From: an uncultured Bacilli bacterium
GTDB taxonomy: Bacteria > Bacillota_I > Bacilli_A > RF39 > UBA660
Reading direction: 5' to 3'
NCBI GenBank assembly: GCA_910586195.1
Contig: CAJUHO010000004.1
Coordinates: 9,295 to 73,294 of the forward strand
DNA length: 64,000 bases
Positions 18,847-29,452 of the stretch are shown here, piece after piece. The position numbers were made by a program, and so were the translations under genes. The notes under the pieces are model-generated. The model ran no database searches. It was not told the DNA's origin and saw nothing but the letters and a program-made list of their open reading frames with translations. How positions within the stretch are numbered: position 1 is the stretch's first letter; each line of letters opens with the position of its first letter.

Positions 18847-19625
18847 AGAAATTATTAAAATACGATCTAAAGTCTATTTTCAAACCATTAGTTCCTATTT
18901 ATGGAATCACCTTACTACTCTCCATCGCTCAAAGAATATCAACTGCGATTGGAGAAACATTTCCAATTATAAAAATTCCTGCTGGTTTTATTTCCGCATT
19001 TTATGTTATGTTATTAATTGCCCTACCAATTGCTACCTTTATCTTTTCAATTATCAAATACTACACGAATTTAGCAAAAGATGAGGGATATCTAATGCAT
19101 ACTCTACCTGTTAGTAAACATCAACTTGTATTATCAAAACTAATTTCTGCATCCATTTCAATGTTTACAACAATCCTTATTATGATAATAGCATTATTCA
19201 TTAGTTTCATGGGAATAATTCATATTTCTGACGTCATAGATTTTATTAAATATGTATTCACCTATTTAGAACCTTTATTTATTATTCTTTTGATAATCTG
19301 TATAATTCTAAGTTATCTTTCACAACAAGTGTTATTTTATCTATCAATGGCACTGGGACAAAAACATAACAATCATAAAGTAATGTACTCTATTATTTAT
19401 GGAATCGTAATATACAATGCAATACAAATTTTACTAACTTTAATCCTAATAATACCTGGATTCATTAATCCATCATTTAGAGATATATTATTTAACAATA
19501 AAATCCCATCTATCGACTTTTTAAACTGTTATCTAGGGTTCGCCAATATAGTTACCATTTTAATAACAATAGGAATTTATATCGTTACAACGAAGGTTTT
19601 GGAAAACCAATTAAATTTAGATTAA
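18840..19625 (+). CDS. ABC-2-type membrane permease (YtrC/D-like)
   Basis: Six hydrophobic helices; coupled to the ATPase gene. Confidence 0.6.
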   Translation: MLKKLLKYDLKSIFKPLVPIYGITLLLSIAQRISTAIGETFPIIKIPAGFISAFYVMLLIALPIATFIFSIIKYYTNLAKDEGYLMHTLPVSKHQLVLSKLISASISMFTTILIMIIALFISFMGIIHISDVIDFIKYVFTYLEPLFIILLIICIILSYLSQQVLFYLSMALGQKHNNHKVMYSIIYGIVIYNAIQILLTLILIIPGFINPSFRDILFNNKIPSIDFLNCYLGFANIVTILITIGIYIVTTKVLENQLNLD

Positions 19626-19627
19626 AA

Positions 19628-19660
19628 ATACTAGAAATAAACTAGTATTTTTTCATTATT
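19628..19660 (+). terminator. rho-independent terminator (aaatactag-aaataaa-ctagtattt plus T5)
   Basis: 9-bp perfect stem followed by TTTTTC. Confidence 0.55.
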
Positions 19661-19799
19661 TATAACATTCTTCATCAAAATCTAGGGCAACTAATTAATC
19701 TTCCGATTCACTACCTTTCTTGTAAACTTCCCATTATAAAATACTATAATTCGTCAATTTACGTCAATTTAAAACAAAAAAAGTGTTATTGACACACTT

Positions 19800-21083
19800 T
19801 TAATTAGGAATAACAAGTTTCTGTCCAACACTTAATAAATTACTTGTTAGATTATTAGCACGTATAATGGCATCTACTGATGTTCCAAAACGATTAGCTA
19901 TTAACCATAAACTATCACCTGGCTGTACTGTATAAATTGTTTGAGAAGTAGAACTTGGTATAACTAACTGTTGTCCAATTGACAATACATTACTAGTTAA
20001 ATTGTTAGAATTAATAAGATCGTTTACAGATACACCATACTGATTTGCAATGGACCATAAACTATCACCACTTTTCACAGTATAAACAATCTGTCCAGTA
20101 TCCTCTCCTTCGTTTTCAGTACTCGGAATTTGTAAGACTTGGCCTATTTGCAAAACATTAGATGTTAAATTATTTACTCTTTTTAATTCATCTACAGAAA
20201 CACCAAACTTATTTGCAATGGACCATAGACTATCACCAGCTTGAACTATATAAGATGTAGTATTATCTGTCGGTGGGACTATAGGAGTTGACGCTCCAGG
20301 CAATCTTAAAACCTGACCTATTTGTAAAGTATCTGATGTCAAGTTATTAAGACGTTTCAACTCATCTACTGTAGTATTAAATCTATTTGCTATTAGCCAT
20401 AGACTATCACCTGATTGTACTGTATAAGTAGCATTAGAATCTGGCGTCACAACTGTACTAGGCAAATTTAAAACCTGGCCTATCTGTAAAGTATTTGACG
20501 TCAAATTATTAAGACGTTTTAATTCATCCACTGTAGTATTAAATTTCTCAGCAATCAACCATAAACTATCACCCTTCTGCACTGTATAAGTCGTACTACC
20601 AGAAGGTGGAGGAGTTGGAGTTGTATTTGGAACTTTTAATACTTGACCTATTTGTAAAGTATTTGATGTTAAATTATTAACCCTTTTTAATTCATCTACA
20701 GAAACACCAAGTTTATTAGCAATTGACCATAAGCTGTCACCTTTTTGTACTGTATAATATTCTCCCATACCTTCTGGTGGAGTATAATTATATCCACCAT
20801 AGTTGGCAAGTGCTCTCACTACGGCCTCTACATAGTTTAAAAGATCATTTTGCAATTTTTTACTATCATTCGCATTATCAATAAAACCATACTCAACTAA
20901 AAGTGGTTGTGTCTTCCCTGTTAATCGATGTATAAAATAGTAATCCTTCATTGGATCTTCAGGCAAACGTCTCTGATAATACTTGCGCATAATTTGTCCT
21001 TCGCTTCCAATTGCCTCTAAAACATTCTTGGCAAGAGTACTATTGTTCCTTAAAGCATAAACTACCTCTGCACCTTCTCCACC
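19800..21083 (-). pseudogene. C-terminal fragment of an N-acetylmuramoyl-L-alanine amidase (Amidase_3) with six LysM repeats, severed by the insertion at 21084
   Basis: In-frame extension upstream of the track ORF reads GGEGAEVVYALRNNSTLAKN... (Amidase_3 C-half) and stops inside the island at 21090..21092; six LysM units (YTVQ.GDSLW.IA..). Confidence 0.75.
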
Positions 21084-21115
21084 ACAAGGTTAGCTCTCCC
21101 AAAGATTACTACATT

Positions 21116-22051
21116 TCATTTCATAAGTTCTTTTAATATATTAATAACTCCAAGCGGATTTGAATTAATAAGATTCTGTAATTGTTTTAATTCATCCGTG
21201 GCCAACTCTACCATATCTTTATTTTTATCTAAATAATCTACATTAATGTCTATATATAGCAATTCTTTTATCATATCTATACTTTCATTTGTAATATCTT
21301 CTTTATTGATATCAGACATAATAACAAACCATCCAAGAACAATATAGTTTATATCTATAGGTTCATTAGTGGACTTATTTAAATATTTTAAACAAAGATA
21401 CAATAGTAATTCCACAAAATACGCATTTTGCTTTAAAGCAAACACATATAATGAAGTACGATTCTCTTTACTTAACTCTACCATAGCATTGACTACTAAA
21501 GTACTATGAGTAAAAAAGCATAATTTATCATAAAATTCATCTAACATATCTTTTAACTGTTTATTGCTAAAATCATTGAAAAAATCTTTATCTACTAATC
21601 TCAATACTTTTCTAAACTCATTTCTTAATTTTTGTGGTTTTGTAAATGTTCTAGTTTTATCGTCAATACTTAAATTAATAAATTCATTATAAACATTTTC
21701 ATCATAAAATATCATCATACCCATTATTAAATTTTCAAAACAAGATCTTAGTATAGTATTAGCATCGACTATACTATTATTCTTAATTAATTTATGAACA
21801 TTCTTTAGTGACATATTTGTTTGATTTAATAAATTTATTGTTTCTTTTTTTATATCCTTGTTAAAATATAAATCATTTATAAACTTAGAATTATTTATCC
21901 TTAAAACTCTAACAAATTTATTTTTTGTTTTAGTTCTGGCAATTTCTTTTAACTCATTTAGCTTTCCTTTGGCTATTAAATTAACAAATTCATTAAACTT
22001 TTCTTCACCCAATTCATTTTTTAAGTTCTCTATGTCTTTTTCAGTTATCAT
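21116..22051 (-). CDS. hypothetical protein (island cargo, 311 aa)
   Basis: ORF at the left edge of the element; no recognisable motif. Confidence 0.5.
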   Translation of the reverse strand: MITEKDIENLKNELGEEKFNEFVNLIAKGKLNELKEIARTKTKNKFVRVLRINNSKFINDLYFNKDIKKETINLLNQTNMSLKNVHKLIKNNSIVDANTILRSCFENLIMGMMIFYDENVYNEFINLSIDDKTRTFTKPQKLRNEFRKVLRLVDKDFFNDFSNKQLKDMLDEFYDKLCFFTHSTLVVNAMVELSKENRTSLYVFALKQNAYFVELLLYLCLKYLNKSTNEPIDINYIVLGWFVIMSDINKEDITNESIDMIKELLYIDINVDYLDKNKDMVELATDELKQLQNLINSNPLGVINILKELMK

Positions 22052-22128
22052 GCTATCACACCCTTGGGTATCTATTATATAACTATATCTACGAAAGATA
22101 AAGACCTCACTAGATGAATAGTGAAGTC

Positions 22129-23790
22129 TTACTTGCTATACTGATTTTTGCCTTTTCTTCCATAAGGATTACGAGCAACATTTAAATTTTGATATTTAAA
22201 AGTACAATCTGGCATAACACCATATTTATATTGGATTGTTATTACTCTATTTTCATCAATTACTATTCTATCTATCAACGAATGAACTAATTCTTTTTTA
22301 GGTTTATTTAAATCTAATAATTTCTTTATTTCCTTTGTATAATCTGGCAGTTCATCTAATTTAGATTTAACTTCATATTTTCTAATTTGATCTTCATCTA
22401 TACTTTGATTGATAAGTTTTAATTTTTCTTCAAAAGGTTTTGCTAATTCTTTATAAGTATCTGCTGTTATTACTTCATTAAATCTATCTTCATATAAAGC
22501 AGTTAGTCTTTTCGTTATTTTCTCTTTTTCAGCTAATAAATTATTAATGTTGTTATCCAAATTTCTAGTTTGTTTTTGAACTTCAATTTGAACTTTTTTA
22601 TTTAATTCTTCAAAATCTAATCTTTCTAGTTGTTTACATACATCTTTAGTAAATTTTTCCATTATTTGATTCTCTAAATAGTTATATGGAAAGAAATGTG
22701 AACTACATTGTTCTCTAATTGGATCTCTTGCATATCTATTACAATTAACAGTCCAATAATCACGATTTTTTCTATATAGCACTGATAATCTATTCCCACA
22801 TTCTTTGCAAAACAATTTACCTTCTAAAAGTCTTTTTTCTCTTCTATTCTTAGGTTGTATATCTTTTGTATTTTGTTTTATTAATTTAGAGATATATTCA
22901 AAAGTATATTTATCCACTAATGGTTCATGGGTATTTTCAACTATCATCCACATACTTTGATCTAAAGTTATCTTTTTCTTAGATTTATAATTAACTTTAG
23001 TTTGTGTATGTTGAATCATATCTCCAGTATAAATTCTATTAGATAAAATTTTCTTTATAGAAGATATATTCCATTTATCTCTATTAATAAGTCTAGTTGA
23101 ATAATTAGTCTTTTTATAACCACTTGGTGTTGAATACCCTTTTTCATTTAACATTGTTGCTATTCTAGAAGGTCCTATTCCATTTTTTCTCCATTCAAAT
23201 ATCTGTTTAACAATTGGAGCAGTTTCTGGATTAGGTATTAAATGTCCTTTATCTTCTGGATCTCTCATATACCCAAAACAAGGTAGACTACCAACGAACT
23301 TTCCATTCTTTCTTTTTTCATTTAATACATTTCTGATTTTAATTGAATTTTGCTTACTATAATAATCATTACAAGCAATTATAAATGTTGATGAATCATT
23401 ACTAGCTTGATTTTTAAAACTATCATACGATTCTAGTATAGATATAAATCTTATATTATTTTCAGGAAAATATGACTCCATGTAATAGCCTGTCATAACA
23501 TGATCTCGACCTAATCTTGATAAATCTTTTACTATTACACAATTTATCTTTTTATTTTTTATATCTTTAATTAACTTTTGAAATCCAGGTCTTTCAAAAT
23601 CAGTTCCAGAATATCCGTCATCTACATATTCTCCTACTAAATTAAATTTATTATTTTTGACATAATTTGTTAATAACTCTCTTTGATTTATTACACTTTC
23701 ACTATCAGATTCATATTTTTTATCTTTATCTTCTTGAGATAATCTTATATAAATTCCAGTATTGAAATCTATGTCCGATTTATTATTCAC
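22129..23790 (-). CDS. large serine recombinase (resolvase N-terminal catalytic domain plus recombinase domain plus zinc ribbon)
   Basis: YIRLSQED catalytic Ser region, VIVKDLSRLGRD, C-terminal CKECGNRL...C zinc ribbon and coiled-coil; 553 aa. Confidence 0.85.
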   Translation of the reverse strand: MNNKSDIDFNTGIYIRLSQEDKDKKYESDSESVINQRELLTNYVKNNKFNLVGEYVDDGYSGTDFERPGFQKLIKDIKNKKINCVIVKDLSRLGRDHVMTGYYMESYFPENNIRFISILESYDSFKNQASNDSSTFIIACNDYYSKQNSIKIRNVLNEKRKNGKFVGSLPCFGYMRDPEDKGHLIPNPETAPIVKQIFEWRKNGIGPSRIATMLNEKGYSTPSGYKKTNYSTRLINRDKWNISSIKKILSNRIYTGDMIQHTQTKVNYKSKKKITLDQSMWMIVENTHEPLVDKYTFEYISKLIKQNTKDIQPKNRREKRLLEGKLFCKECGNRLSVLYRKNRDYWTVNCNRYARDPIREQCSSHFFPYNYLENQIMEKFTKDVCKQLERLDFEELNKKVQIEVQKQTRNLDNNINNLLAEKEKITKRLTALYEDRFNEVITADTYKELAKPFEEKLKLINQSIDEDQIRKYEVKSKLDELPDYTKEIKKLLDLNKPKKELVHSLIDRIVIDENRVITIQYKYGVMPDCTFKYQNLNVARNPYGRKGKNQYSK

Positions 23791-24123
23791 TTTTACTTCC
23801 TTCTTTTAATCGGATATTAAGACTCATCATCTTATTAGATTGGCAAATCATTAATTTGATGAATCTCCTTTTTCTTCTTTTATTATCTCTTCGATTAGAT
23901 ATTTTAAAATAAGATCTTTAAATGTAGTGCTAGTCAAATAGGCATCCTTCATTATTAAATCACCTATTTAAATTTATGTTTAAATTATTTATTATTGATA
24001 TTTTTATGTACATTTATCAAACTCCTTTCTAGTTATATATTTAAACTAGTTAATTTATAATATTAATATTTTTATATTTTATTTATTATATTATTATAGT
24101 TAAATACATCTTTTGAAAACGAA

Positions 24124-24173
24124 AAATACATCCATTTAATTAGTCCTCATAATCTAGTCCTATGGATGTATTT
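24124..24173 (-). terminator. terminator hairpin (12-bp stem) overlapping the stop of the 99-aa HTH gene
   Basis: aaatacatccat...atggatgtattt, followed on minus by a UUUUCGUUUU tract. Confidence 0.5.
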
Positions 24174-24439
24174 ATCTCATTAATTATAAATATTTTTCTT
24201 ATGAATTTATGTTTAAATTCCATTTTAATATAATTATTATCAGATAGTTCTTTTAATAATCTAGTAATAGCTCTAGTGCCTACATTTAACTTATCAGCTA
24301 AATAACTATTATTAGCATAACAATATCCTTCTTGATAAGTTAATAATACTAATAATCCATATAATAATTTAGCACTAGAACTAACATTAGTATCTGAAAA
24401 TAATCCTATTGGTATTTTTATATAATTATCATAATTCAA
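24140..24439 (-). CDS. helix-turn-helix DNA-binding protein (element regulatory/replication-organiser-like)
   Basis: SSAKLLYGLLVLLTYQEGYCYANNSYLADKLNVGTRAITRLLKEL wHTH pattern; GGAGGTGG RBS. Confidence 0.6.
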   Translation of the reverse strand: MNYDNYIKIPIGLFSDTNVSSSAKLLYGLLVLLTYQEGYCYANNSYLADKLNVGTRAITRLLKELSDNNYIKMEFKHKFIRKIFIINEINTSIGLDYED

Positions 24440-24468
24440 ATAACCACCTCCTAATCATTATCTTTGTA

Positions 24469-24609
24469 ATTATGATTTTTCAACATTTCAATATAACCTA
24501 TCTCTAATAATTCCTCCATCATTTTAGAAATAGACAACTTGTAAAATTTAGCCATTAATTTTATTCTATCGAATAATTCAAATGGTAAGTATAATTTAAA
24601 TATTCTCAA
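24469..24609 (-). CDS. small ribbon-helix-helix (CopG/Arc-like) protein, 46 aa, TTG start; below the ORF-track size cutoff
   Basis: AGGAAGGAG RBS 8 nt before TTG; sequence RIFKLYLPFELFDRIKLMAKFYKLSISKMMEELLEIGYIEML matches the beta-strand/helix/helix RHH pattern; lies 29 nt upstream of the HTH gene. Confidence 0.45.
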
Positions 24610-24906
24610 AAATATCACTCCTTCCTAATAGGATGATTTCCTATTAAATATTGTAATTTTTAAAAAAGCAGTATAAGAAAATAGCACCATAAACTAAAAA
24701 AATCCTTATAGTATAAGGAAATTTAATGGTGCTATTCTTATTTCATACTTACAAAATTCATCCTACTTTGTAGGTTATTATATAGGATATTACTATTTTA
24801 ACCCTTTATTTATAATAGATATTAATTTGTTATTATTATCCTATTTTAATAAAATCAGTAATTTTTATAGGATGACTAGTCATAATCATCGCCTCCATTA
24901 AAACAG

Positions 24907-24929
24907 CAAAAAAGAAGACCTAGGTCTTC
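24907..24929 (-). terminator. rho-independent terminator: 16-bp perfect palindrome GAAGACCTAGGTCTTC followed by U6 on the minus strand
   Basis: Perfect palindrome with A6 on + immediately upstream. Confidence 0.6.
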
Positions 24930-24974
24930 CCATAAATATTGCTATTTTACTATATTTTATCACTTGACTGTATT

Positions 24975-25125
24975 TAGTCAATAAACTAAATTGTATTTTT
25001 TTAGTAGTCGAATAGTAAACTAGATTGACTTTAAACAGTAAACTAAATCGTATTCAAATCGTACGCGAATAGTACAGTACACTAAATTGTATTTGGATAA
25101 TAATATCTTAAACTAATCGCTTACA
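24975..25125. repeat. cluster of five degenerate 15-16 bp direct repeats (TAAACTAAATYGTATT) plus GAATAGTA repeats; iteron-like
   Basis: Copies at 24983, 25017, 25039, 25081 and 25109 with irregular 22-42 bp spacing, in the non-coding region between the helicase stop and the terminator. Confidence 0.5.
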
Positions 25126-25217
25126 TTTTTACAGGGTACTTATTGTAGAGTAATTTCTAAACTTTTATATTATTTTGTAACCAAACGATTTCGTAATTTA
25201 ATTTTCAGTATAAATAG

Positions 25218-27944
25218 CTATTCTGATTTAATTATTTTTTGATTTAATATAGCTAAATCTCTATTACAATCTTTTTTATCAAAACTATCAAATATTTTCT
25301 CTTGACTATCAGCACTCCAATAAACTTTTAAATTTTTTTTAGCTCTAGTAATAGCAGTATAAAAGATGTTTTTTGTTATTCTATCATCAATATTTGAAGT
25401 TATTACTACTTTGACGCTCTCGTACTCAAGACCTTGAGCTTTATGAATAGATATAGCATAAGAAAGATTAAAAGGAATTATATGTGCATATTCGTTTTCA
25501 TCATCATCCTTATCTCGAAATTCATTTACTTTAAATCTAACAATTATTTTATCTTCTTTGTCACTTTCTAGCAATTCTACATCATATGGTGCAAACATTT
25601 AATTTATAGATTTTTTATCAACCTCTATTGAAAACCACATCGCATCTTCATCTTCTTCTATATTTTTAATAATTCCTTTTAAATTATTATGAAGAAATCC
25701 ATTAAATCTTGGACAGTCATTAAATAAAACATAATCATCAACTTTAAAAGTATCCACACCAAAATTATATTCTTTATTTTGATTTGAGCTTTGCATAACT
25801 TTATTTATATTATTAATTCCATACATGCCATCATAATTTAAACATAAAATGATTTCATCATCAAAAGTTTTTTCAAATATATTTTTAGATACTTTTTCTG
25901 AATATTCTTTACTTCCCATTATTGAAATAGCTTTTTTATCATTGACTCTAACACACTTCCATAATTCTAACAAGTCTTTATCAGATGTTCTATGTGTCAT
26001 TTCTAATTCAAAAGACACTCCGTTTTTAAAATACTTACTACATATTTGAAACCAATTACCATATTGGATAGATTCTATTTGATATATATCTCCAACCATT
26101 ACAATAGCATTATAATTACCTTTTTCTAAAATATTTAACATATCTTTATTGCTGACCATACTACATTCATCTATTATTAATAAATCACAGTTTCCATTAT
26201 AATTTTTTTGATAATTCTTAATTGTCATTATTTTTAGTTTATCATTTTCTTGTAATCTTGATTTTAAATTTGTTACAGCGGTATTAGTATTCGAAATTAA
26301 ACATACATTGTAATACTCAAAAACATTAGATAATAATTCTATCATTTTAGTTTTGCCAGTACCTGCTGGCCCATATATAAAAGCAATTGAAGAAGTTTTA
26401 AAAATATCATTTAAAATATTAACTTTATCTTCTGATATTGATTCACTACATAGACAATCTTTATAGAATGTTACTATAGAATTTAAAATACTATTAACTT
26501 CACTAGCTTTTTCTTCTAATTTTTTTATAATTTGAACAGAATTTTTTTCATAATCTTTAATATAAAGAAAACCCTTATCTAAAACTAGTATACTGTCTGT
26601 ATTTTTTAATCTTGATTTAATTTTATTATTAAATTTTTCTACTAACTTTGGAATATCATCAAAATAGCCTATTTCATTAACTGGAGTATATAGCTCATCA
26701 TTATTCTCTGTGTTGTTTTTGATATAAGAATATAATAATTCATCATCTCTTTCAGTTATTTCAACAGATTTAATTAAATCATGAAATTTTGGATTATGAT
26801 TATGAAGAGACATCGCATATGGCATAGCATCGAACAATCCACTCTTTTTATGAATGTACAAGTTACTTAAATATGGGTGTAGTGTTTCTCCTATTTGATC
26901 TCTAATAACTGTATTTATCATCCTTGTTGTTAGGTACCTTATTATATTACAACCAGGCTTATTATTAACAATTATTTCTCTCATTTTTTCTAACATTGAA
27001 CTGATATGATGATTATCTGCACCATTTCTAATATTTTCTATAATTATTTTAAAATCATAATCATTAGAACACAGAATATTATTTATAGTGCATTCATTAT
27101 CACTTAGATAATCCATCAAATTACGATACTCTTTATAGTTTTCATCAAAGTTTTTAGTTTCTCCCATTATCTTGAAAAGATTTTTTAATTCACAAGTTCT
27201 AATAGCAGTTTTGCATGAAGTAATTACTTTAATTTTTACTTTACCTACATTTAAGTCAATAACATCATCCACCGAAGTTATATTAATAGAGTAATTATCT
27301 GGAATATAAATTTTAGAATAAAATGTTAATCTTTCAAATTTATTATTATAATCTGTCGCTTTTGATAAAGTTATCTCATAATATATATTTCCTTTTGAAA
27401 AAATAGTATTACTCTTTTCAACATAAAATTTTCCTTTTATTGTTTTTTTATTTTTTTGATTTATATGTTCAATCCTATCACAAATAATATCATAGTTTTC
27501 CTTCATTGACTTATCATCATATACTGGAAATAAATCAATATTGTTAATTATTTTTAAATCAAATTCTTCTTTTAATAATTTTTTAATTAAGCAGATGTAT
27601 CTATAATAATATTTTACCAGTCTTTCTGCACTATCCTCATTAGGTGTATAATGAGAAGCTGTTCCTTGTAGATAATTATGAAAATCACATAAAAATTTAT
27701 ATTGCTTCTTACCTTTTATAGCATCAAATGAAGAATTTACATTATCATAATGTGTATCTAACTCTAAATTATTAATTTTGTTATTAAGTAGTATAGCAAC
27801 ATCTTCTACTAAATTTCTCAATTGAGATAAAATATTTTCTGAAAGAAATCCTTTATCTTTAAGTTTTGTATCATAATAATAAATATTTTTATCTATAACT
27901 TTTGAAATATAGGATATTTCCTTTTCTGGCGATATTCTAGACAT
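25218..27944 (-). pseudogene. SF1 (RecD/AAA_30-UvrD_C_2-like) helicase with about 480-aa N-terminal unknown domain, interrupted by a single in-frame TAA (781 aa plus 126 aa in the same frame)
   Basis: Walker A GPAGTGKT, Walker B LLIIDECSMV, GDIYQ motif; motif VI IHKAQGLEYESV lies in the downstream 126-aa ORF, which starts with ATG immediately after the TAA in the same frame. Confidence 0.65.
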
Positions 27945-28003
27945 TACTCCACTTCCTTAATGCAATCTATAACACTTTCTATAATTTTAATTATTTCAAT
28001 ATT

Positions 28004-29452
28004 TTACTTTTCTTTTGTATTTATAATTTTTTCTATATCATCACAAAGAGGTAATAATTGTTCTAACTTATCTACTATTCTTTGTTGTTCTTCTATTGGT
28101 GGTAATGGAATAAGCAAATTGTTTAAACTTTTTGAATTTAATGTAGTTCCTTTAATTGCACTTTTACTATCACCATATTTAGTCATAAATGGTAATATTT
28201 TAAATAAATATTGTTTTAAGATTTCAAAATCATAATTAGGATATATTGAAATTATTCCTTCATTGTGAAAAGCATCTATTTTTAAAATCGAACATCTTCC
28301 AACTGTCAGTTTAAAACTCATTAATAAAGTACCTTTTTCAGAAAATTTTTCTTTAAACACTTCCTTATATGCTTTTTCTGATACATATTCTTTTGTGTTA
28401 TCAATAAAACCATTTTCCACCATATCAGAAATTGATACCCAATGATATTCATCTTTGCTCCAATAACTAGAATCGCTCCTAGGTGGAGTTTTACCGATAT
28501 TAAAAGAAACAAGCTCTCCCAATTTTATCCATACCCAATTATTAGGTAACTCAAATGGATAATTATCAATACTGGTTACCTTTTTACCAAGTTTGGTTTC
28601 TATTTCTTCTAAAACATCAAGAGTATTTTCGCTATTTTTTTGATTTGTTAATTTTCCAGATACAGCACTTTGAATTAAAGATTTCCTTAAATCTTTTGGA
28701 AAATCTATTTTCAATTTTTTAATATCTTCTTCTATTGGTTTCAATTCATTGAGTTTTGCAAATAACTCTTCTATTTTATCTACTATTCTTTGTTGTTCCT
28801 CTATTGGTGGAATCGGAATATAAAAATTTCTTAAGTAATTTAAAGAAACAAATTGCTGAACTCCACCAGAACTTTCTTTTTTCATCTTTTCTTGCGAAAA
28901 ATATAAATAATAATACAAAAATTGATTGTCTATACAATCTTTGATTGGATTTTTTAAAAGTGCAACATTTTTTATGCAAAAATCTTTTTCGGTTTTTATA
29001 ATTACCGGGTTTCCTATACTGCCTATCATTGCAAATAATATATCATCATTTTCCACTTTAGATCTAATATTTATACTTTTAGCATCTTCATCAGAAATGT
29101 ATTTAACATTACTCATATCTAATGTCCCATCAATATTAAGGTTTTTACTTGTGACTAATGGGACTCCATCTTTATAATATTTTGGACTATCATGAGTTCC
29201 ATCTCTAACATCAATTGCGTAATATAACTTAGTCCATATCCAAGTTGACGGTATTGTATATGGATAATTTTTTTTAATTGGTTTTGAAACTTTTTTATCT
29301 GCTTTTATTACTTTATTTTCAATTAATTTATTATGATTCGCCTCTATTTTTTTTTCAATAATATTTATATTGGTATCTGTCAAAATCGTTTTACTTAATT
29401 TACCACTAAAAGCATAATTCAATATCGATACTTTTAACTCATCTACTATCAT
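28004..29452 (-). CDS. hsdS: type I restriction-modification specificity subunit (two TRDs)
   Basis: Two target-recognition domains separated by conserved central and C-terminal repeats (PIPPIEEQQRIVDK occurs twice). Confidence 0.85.
   Translation of the reverse strand: MIVDELKVSILNYAFSGKLSKTILTDTNINIIEKKIEANHNKLIENKVIKADKKVSKPIKKNYPYTIPSTWIWTKLYYAIDVRDGTHDSPKYYKDGVPLVTSKNLNIDGTLDMSNVKYISDEDAKSINIRSKVENDDILFAMIGSIGNPVIIKTEKDFCIKNVALLKNPIKDCIDNQFLYYYLYFSQEKMKKESSGGVQQFVSLNYLRNFYIPIPPIEEQQRIVDKIEELFAKLNELKPIEEDIKKLKIDFPKDLRKSLIQSAVSGKLTNQKNSENTLDVLEEIETKLGKKVTSIDNYPFELPNNWVWIKLGELVSFNIGKTPPRSDSSYWSKDEYHWVSISDMVENGFIDNTKEYVSEKAYKEVFKEKFSEKGTLLMSFKLTVGRCSILKIDAFHNEGIISIYPNYDFEILKQYLFKILPFMTKYGDSKSAIKGTTLNSKSLNNLLIPLPPIEEQQRIVDKLEQLLPLCDDIEKIINTKEK

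Noticed and set aside
18776-19084. 102-aa + strand ORF overlapping the ABC ATPase and permease genes
   Set aside because: Out of frame inside two motif-supported genes; no RBS.
21077-21083. CTCCACC direct repeats taken as proof of a 7-bp target-site duplication
   Set aside because: Serine recombinases normally use a 2-bp crossover. The 7-bp identity may instead reflect attP/attB core homology, so it is reported as flanking identity only and the mechanism is left open.
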